Below, one piece after another: positions 62,710 through 64,000 of a DNA stretch of 64,000 nucleotides. A program made the position numbers and the translations under genes. Below the pieces are notes generated by a model, which saw nothing but the letters and a program-made list of their open reading frames with translations, searched no databases and was not told the DNA's origin. Each line of letters begins with the position of its first letter. The first letter of the stretch is position 1. Location: assembly GCA_047602405.1 (NCBI GenBank), contig JASGHJ010000002.1, forward strand, positions 1,408,001-1,472,000, given 5' to 3'. The stretch comes from Anaeromyxobacteraceae bacterium. GTDB taxonomy: Bacteria; Myxococcota; Myxococcia; Myxococcales; Anaeromyxobacteraceae.

Positions 62710-63291
62710 ATGAGAAGAATCGCCGTTTTCGGCGCGTTGGTCGCGGCCGTACTGAGCGTGCGACACGCCGCGGCATCGAGCCCCGGCGCTGCCGCGCCCG
62801 CGGCCCCGAAGAAGCCCGAGCCGCTGATCCAGGCCGAGCCGCCGCCCTTCTCCGAGGGCATCTACCCATGCTCGGCCTGCCACGCCGACCAGAAGAACGC
62901 CGAGAAGCGCGACCTCGCCTTCCACGACGATCAGGCGGGCGTGCTCGCGCACGGCGAGCGCTGGTGCCTCGACTGCCACGACTTCAACGACCGCGACGTG
63001 CTGCGGCTCGCGAACGGCGCGAAGGTGCCGTTCACCGAGAGCTACCGGCTCTGCGGCCAGTGCCACGGCGACAAGCTGCGCGACTGGAAGGTCGGGGTGC
63101 ACGGCAAGCGCACCGGGCACTGGGACGGCGAGAAGACGTACTTCCTCTGCGTGAACTGCCACGACCCGCACTCGCCCCGCTTCAAGGGCGTGGTCGCCGT
63201 CGAGGTCGCCGGGAAGAAGACCACCCGCTACACGCACGAGCGCGTGAAGCCCGAGCCGCGGCCCCGCCGCCCCGAGGAGATGTCCCGATGA
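62710..63291 (+). CDS. Periplasmic tetraheme cytochrome c
   Basis: Signal peptide; CSACH, CLDCH, CGQCH, CVNCH; GGAGG RBS. Confidence 0.9.
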   Translation: MRRIAVFGALVAAVLSVRHAAASSPGAAAPAAPKKPEPLIQAEPPPFSEGIYPCSACHADQKNAEKRDLAFHDDQAGVLAHGERWCLDCHDFNDRDVLRLANGAKVPFTESYRLCGQCHGDKLRDWKVGVHGKRTGHWDGEKTYFLCVNCHDPHSPRFKGVVAVEVAGKKTTRYTHERVKPEPRPRRPEEMSR

Positions 63292-64000
63292 GCGCCCCGG
63301 ACACGAAGCTCCCCGTGCTGCCCGAGGGAGGCGAGGGCGCCCCCGCGGACCCCTCGCGCCGCAACTTCATGGCCACCGCCGCCGCCGGCGCCGCGATCGC
63401 GGCGGTCTCCGGCTGCGGGGTGGTGGACGTCGAGGAGGTCTTCCGCAAGCACTTCCGCGAGCTGTCGCCGGACGAGCTCGCGAAGCTCCTGAAGCGGATC
63501 GAGAAGAAGAACCTCGAGAAGTACGGCAAGCAGACCACCGTCACCGCCGAGGGCCCCCGCGCCGGCGTGCAGTTCGGCTACGGGCTCGACCTCTCCCGCT
63601 GCATCGGCTGCCGCCGCTGCGTCTACGCCTGCGTGAAGGAGAACAACCAGAGCCGCGAGAAGCCGCAGATCCACTGGATCCGCGTGCTCCAGATGGAGAA
63701 GGAGCACGGCGTCGATCTCGCGCACGCCGACGCGTACTACGAGCCGGAGACGGTGCCCGCGCCGGGCAAGTTCTACATGCCGGTGCAGTGCCAGCAGTGC
63801 CGCAACCCGCCCTGCGTGAAGTCCTGCCCGACCCAGGCGACCTGGAAGCAGGAGGACGGGATCGTCGTCATCGACTACGACTGGTGCATCGGCTGCCGCT
63901 GCTGCATGTCGGCGTGCCCGTACGGCGCCCGCCACTTCAACTGGGCGACGCCCAACCTGCCCGCCGAGCAGGTCAACCCGGTCCAGCACTACCTCGGGAA
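63288..64000 (+). CDS. Tat-exported 4Fe-4S ferredoxin subunit (NrfC/DmsB/HmcB-like), partial
   Basis: Manual translation: SRRNFM Tat motif, CIGCRRCVYAC, CQQCRNPPCVKSCP, CIGCRCCMSACPYG; ATGA overlap with the cytochrome gene. Confidence 0.9.
   Translation, partial: MSAPDTKLPVLPEGGEGAPADPSRRNFMATAAAGAAIAAVSGCGVVDVEEVFRKHFRELSPDELAKLLKRIEKKNLEKYGKQTTVTAEGPRAGVQFGYGLDLSRCIGCRRCVYACVKENNQSREKPQIHWIRVLQMEKEHGVDLAHADAYYEPETVPAPGKFYMPVQCQQCRNPPCVKSCPTQATWKQEDGIVVIDYDWCIGCRCCMSACPYGARHFNWATPNLPAEQVNPVQHYLG

Overview
Very GC-rich bacterial chromosomal window. Gene content and codon style suggest an Anaeromyxobacter-like member of Myxococcota (inference). Layout: 1-15 kb, a minus-strand flagellar basal-body/hook operon (flgBC-fliEFGHI-motE-like-fliK-flgDE-flbD) headed by two REC-less sigma54 activators and two -24/-12 promoters. 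15-18.7 kb, a MetX-homoserine dehydrogenase fusion convergent with a second hom that carries a SAM-II riboswitch. 19-27 kb, small envelope genes, mscL and a PPi-dependent PEP carboxykinase. 27.5-33 kb, a sigma54/GAF regulator divergent from hemerythrin-qNor-hemerythrin. 33-46.6 kb, map, a poly-HAMP chemoreceptor, a LytS/LytTR pair, lactate permease and two tandem Lut/Ldh-type lactate dehydrogenases. 46.6-57 kb, MutS-V protein, acyl-CoA dehydrogenase, hybrid kinase, M1 peptidase and ClC-CBS. 57-61 kb, a Propionibacterium-type transcarboxylase operon. 61-64 kb, a radical SAM gene and the start of a tetraheme cytochrome/Tat Fe-S operon. About a dozen genes carry single-base frameshifts, most at GAATC/GATTC where GATC restores the frame. 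This points to a motif-linked sequencing error, possibly caused by DNA modification, rather than true pseudogenes. No CRISPR array, tRNA, rRNA or transposase was seen. All family calls come from motif recognition by eye; no searches were run.
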